From Protaetiibacter sp. (GTDB lineage: Bacteria; Actinomycetota; Actinomycetes; Actinomycetales; Microbacteriaceae): a stretch of DNA of 64,000 bases. Each line of letters opens with the position of its first letter. Within the stretch, counting starts at the first letter, position 1. Positions 62,865 to 64,000 of the stretch are shown piece by piece. Position numbers and translations under genes: made by a program. The DNA is taken from contig JBQCHI010000029.1 in NCBI GenBank assembly GCA_051954835.1, positions 11,621-75,620 on the forward strand. Reading direction: 5' to 3'. The notes below the pieces were generated by a model that worked only from the letters and a program-made list of their open reading frames with translations, was not told where the DNA came from and ran no database searches.

Positions 62865-64000
62865 GTGGCGACGCGGAGCACGCCGGTCCGGAAGGCGTGG
62901 CGGTCACTGGGCTGGCTCGCGGGCATCATCGTGCTGCTCGTCGGCCTCAACACCGCCGGGGCCATCTGGTGGGGCTGGGGCTGGACCCCGAAGCTCGCAC
63001 TCGACCTCGAGGGCGGCACGCAGATCATCCTGACCCCCAACCTCGAAGACGGCCAGTCGGTCACCGACGAGCAGTTGCAGCAGGCCAAGGAGATCATCCG
63101 CAACCGCATCGACGCCGCGGGCGTCGCGGAGCCGGAGATCACCACCGAGGGTGGTGACAAGATCATCATCTCGATCCCGGGCAAGAACCCCGACCAGACG
63201 ACGCTGGAGCGCATCAAGGCCTCGGCCAAGATGGAGTTCCGTGCCGTGCTGCTCGCCGGCGGCCCCGCGAGCTCCTCTGTGTCGCCGAGCGACGCGCCGA
63301 GCGACGGGGCGACCGACGCCCCCGCGGATGGCGCCACCGAGACGCCGGCACCCGCCGCCACGCCCACCGCCACGCCTACCGACGGTTCGGACCTCGCCTG
63401 GGTGACTCCTGCGCTCCAGGAGCAGTACGACGCGTTCAGCTGCGATCAGGTCGAGGAGGCGGGCACCAACGCCGCGCCCGCCGACCAGCCGCTCATCACC
63501 TGCGATGAGAACAGGACCGAGAAGTTCCTGCTCGGGCCCGTCGAGGTCGAGGGCGCCGACATCTCCGACGCGCAAGCCGGGCTCAAGACCACCTCGACCG
63601 GTGTCACCACCGGCGAGTGGGTCGTCAACCTGAGCTTCAACGGCACCGGCACCGAGGCCTTCTCGAAGGTCACAACCCGCCTCGTGCCTCTCGAGACTCC
63701 GCGCAACCGCTTCGCCGTCGTGCTCGACGGCCAGGTCGTCATCGCCCCGAGCGCCAACGACCCGATCAACGACGGACGCGCGCAGATCTCCGGCGGCTTC
63801 ACGCAGGAGTCCTCGAAGGTCCTCGCCGATCAGCTCAAGTTCGGTGCCCTCCCGGTGGGCTTCACCGTCGAGAGCATCGACTCGATCTCGGCCACCCTCG
63901 GTACGACTCAGCTGCAGAGCGGGCTCATCGCGGGGCTCATCGGCCTCATCCTGGTGTTCATCTACTCGCTGTTCCAGTACCGGCTGCTCGGCACCGTGAC
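62865..64000 (+). CDS. secD: Protein translocase subunit SecD, N-terminal part (runs off the right window edge)
   Basis: Absent from the ORF track because it is open-ended. My translation from GTG 62865 gives VATRSTPVRKAWRSLGWLAGIIVLLVG..LALDLEGGTQIILTP..EIIRNRIDAAGVAEPEITTEGGDKIIISIPG.., the canonical SecD periplasmic domain start. Confidence 0.9.
   Translation, partial: MATRSTPVRKAWRSLGWLAGIIVLLVGLNTAGAIWWGWGWTPKLALDLEGGTQIILTPNLEDGQSVTDEQLQQAKEIIRNRIDAAGVAEPEITTEGGDKIIISIPGKNPDQTTLERIKASAKMEFRAVLLAGGPASSSVSPSDAPSDGATDAPADGATETPAPAATPTATPTDGSDLAWVTPALQEQYDAFSCDQVEEAGTNAAPADQPLITCDENRTEKFLLGPVEVEGADISDAQAGLKTTSTGVTTGEWVVNLSFNGTGTEAFSKVTTRLVPLETPRNRFAVVLDGQVVIAPSANDPINDGRAQISGGFTQESSKVLADQLKFGALPVGFTVESIDSISATLGTTQLQSGLIAGLIGLILVFIYSLFQYRLLGTV

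Overview
High-GC (about 70%) actinobacterial chromosome segment. Gene content and order look like core genome of Micrococcales/Microbacteriaceae; the taxon is my inference. Almost every gene is recognisable housekeeping. In order: lipA-lipB, sucB-lpd-pepA, principal sigma factor rpoD, topoisomerase IV parE/parC, the sepH/DUF4193/DUF3093/dut/DUF3710/DUF3159 cluster, acnA, dxs, fadBA, rnd, sufE-sseA, zapE, nhaA and amt. These are followed by a Val/Gly/Cys/Val tRNA cluster and a thrS-HIT-pdxST-yebC-ruvCAB-yajC-secD block that is syntenic, from memory, with M. tuberculosis Rv2614c-Rv2587c. I found no mobile elements, CRISPR arrays, prophage remnants or recognisable defence or toxin systems. The many very long extra ORFs in the track are stop-free shadow frames, as expected at this GC content. 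The most unusual item is a translationally coupled pair of alanine-racemase paralogs (12058-13841). Their degeneration is reciprocal: one keeps the PLP barrel and catalytic Lys but lacks the Tyr segment, while the other keeps the Tyr-bearing C-terminal domain but has no Lys and most of the barrel deleted. Only a heterodimer could rebuild a single complete active site. Four other items deserve a second look. A degenerate Amt-family paralog sits where glnK-glnD normally follow amtB. A 1136-aa secreted S8 protease with a NIDO-like C-terminal module is inserted between thrS and the HIT gene. A membrane pseudokinase lies between lipB and sucB. Several divergent gene pairs are very tightly packed, with -10 boxes placed for leaderless transcripts. 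All family assignments come from motif reading by eye and memory; no searches were run.
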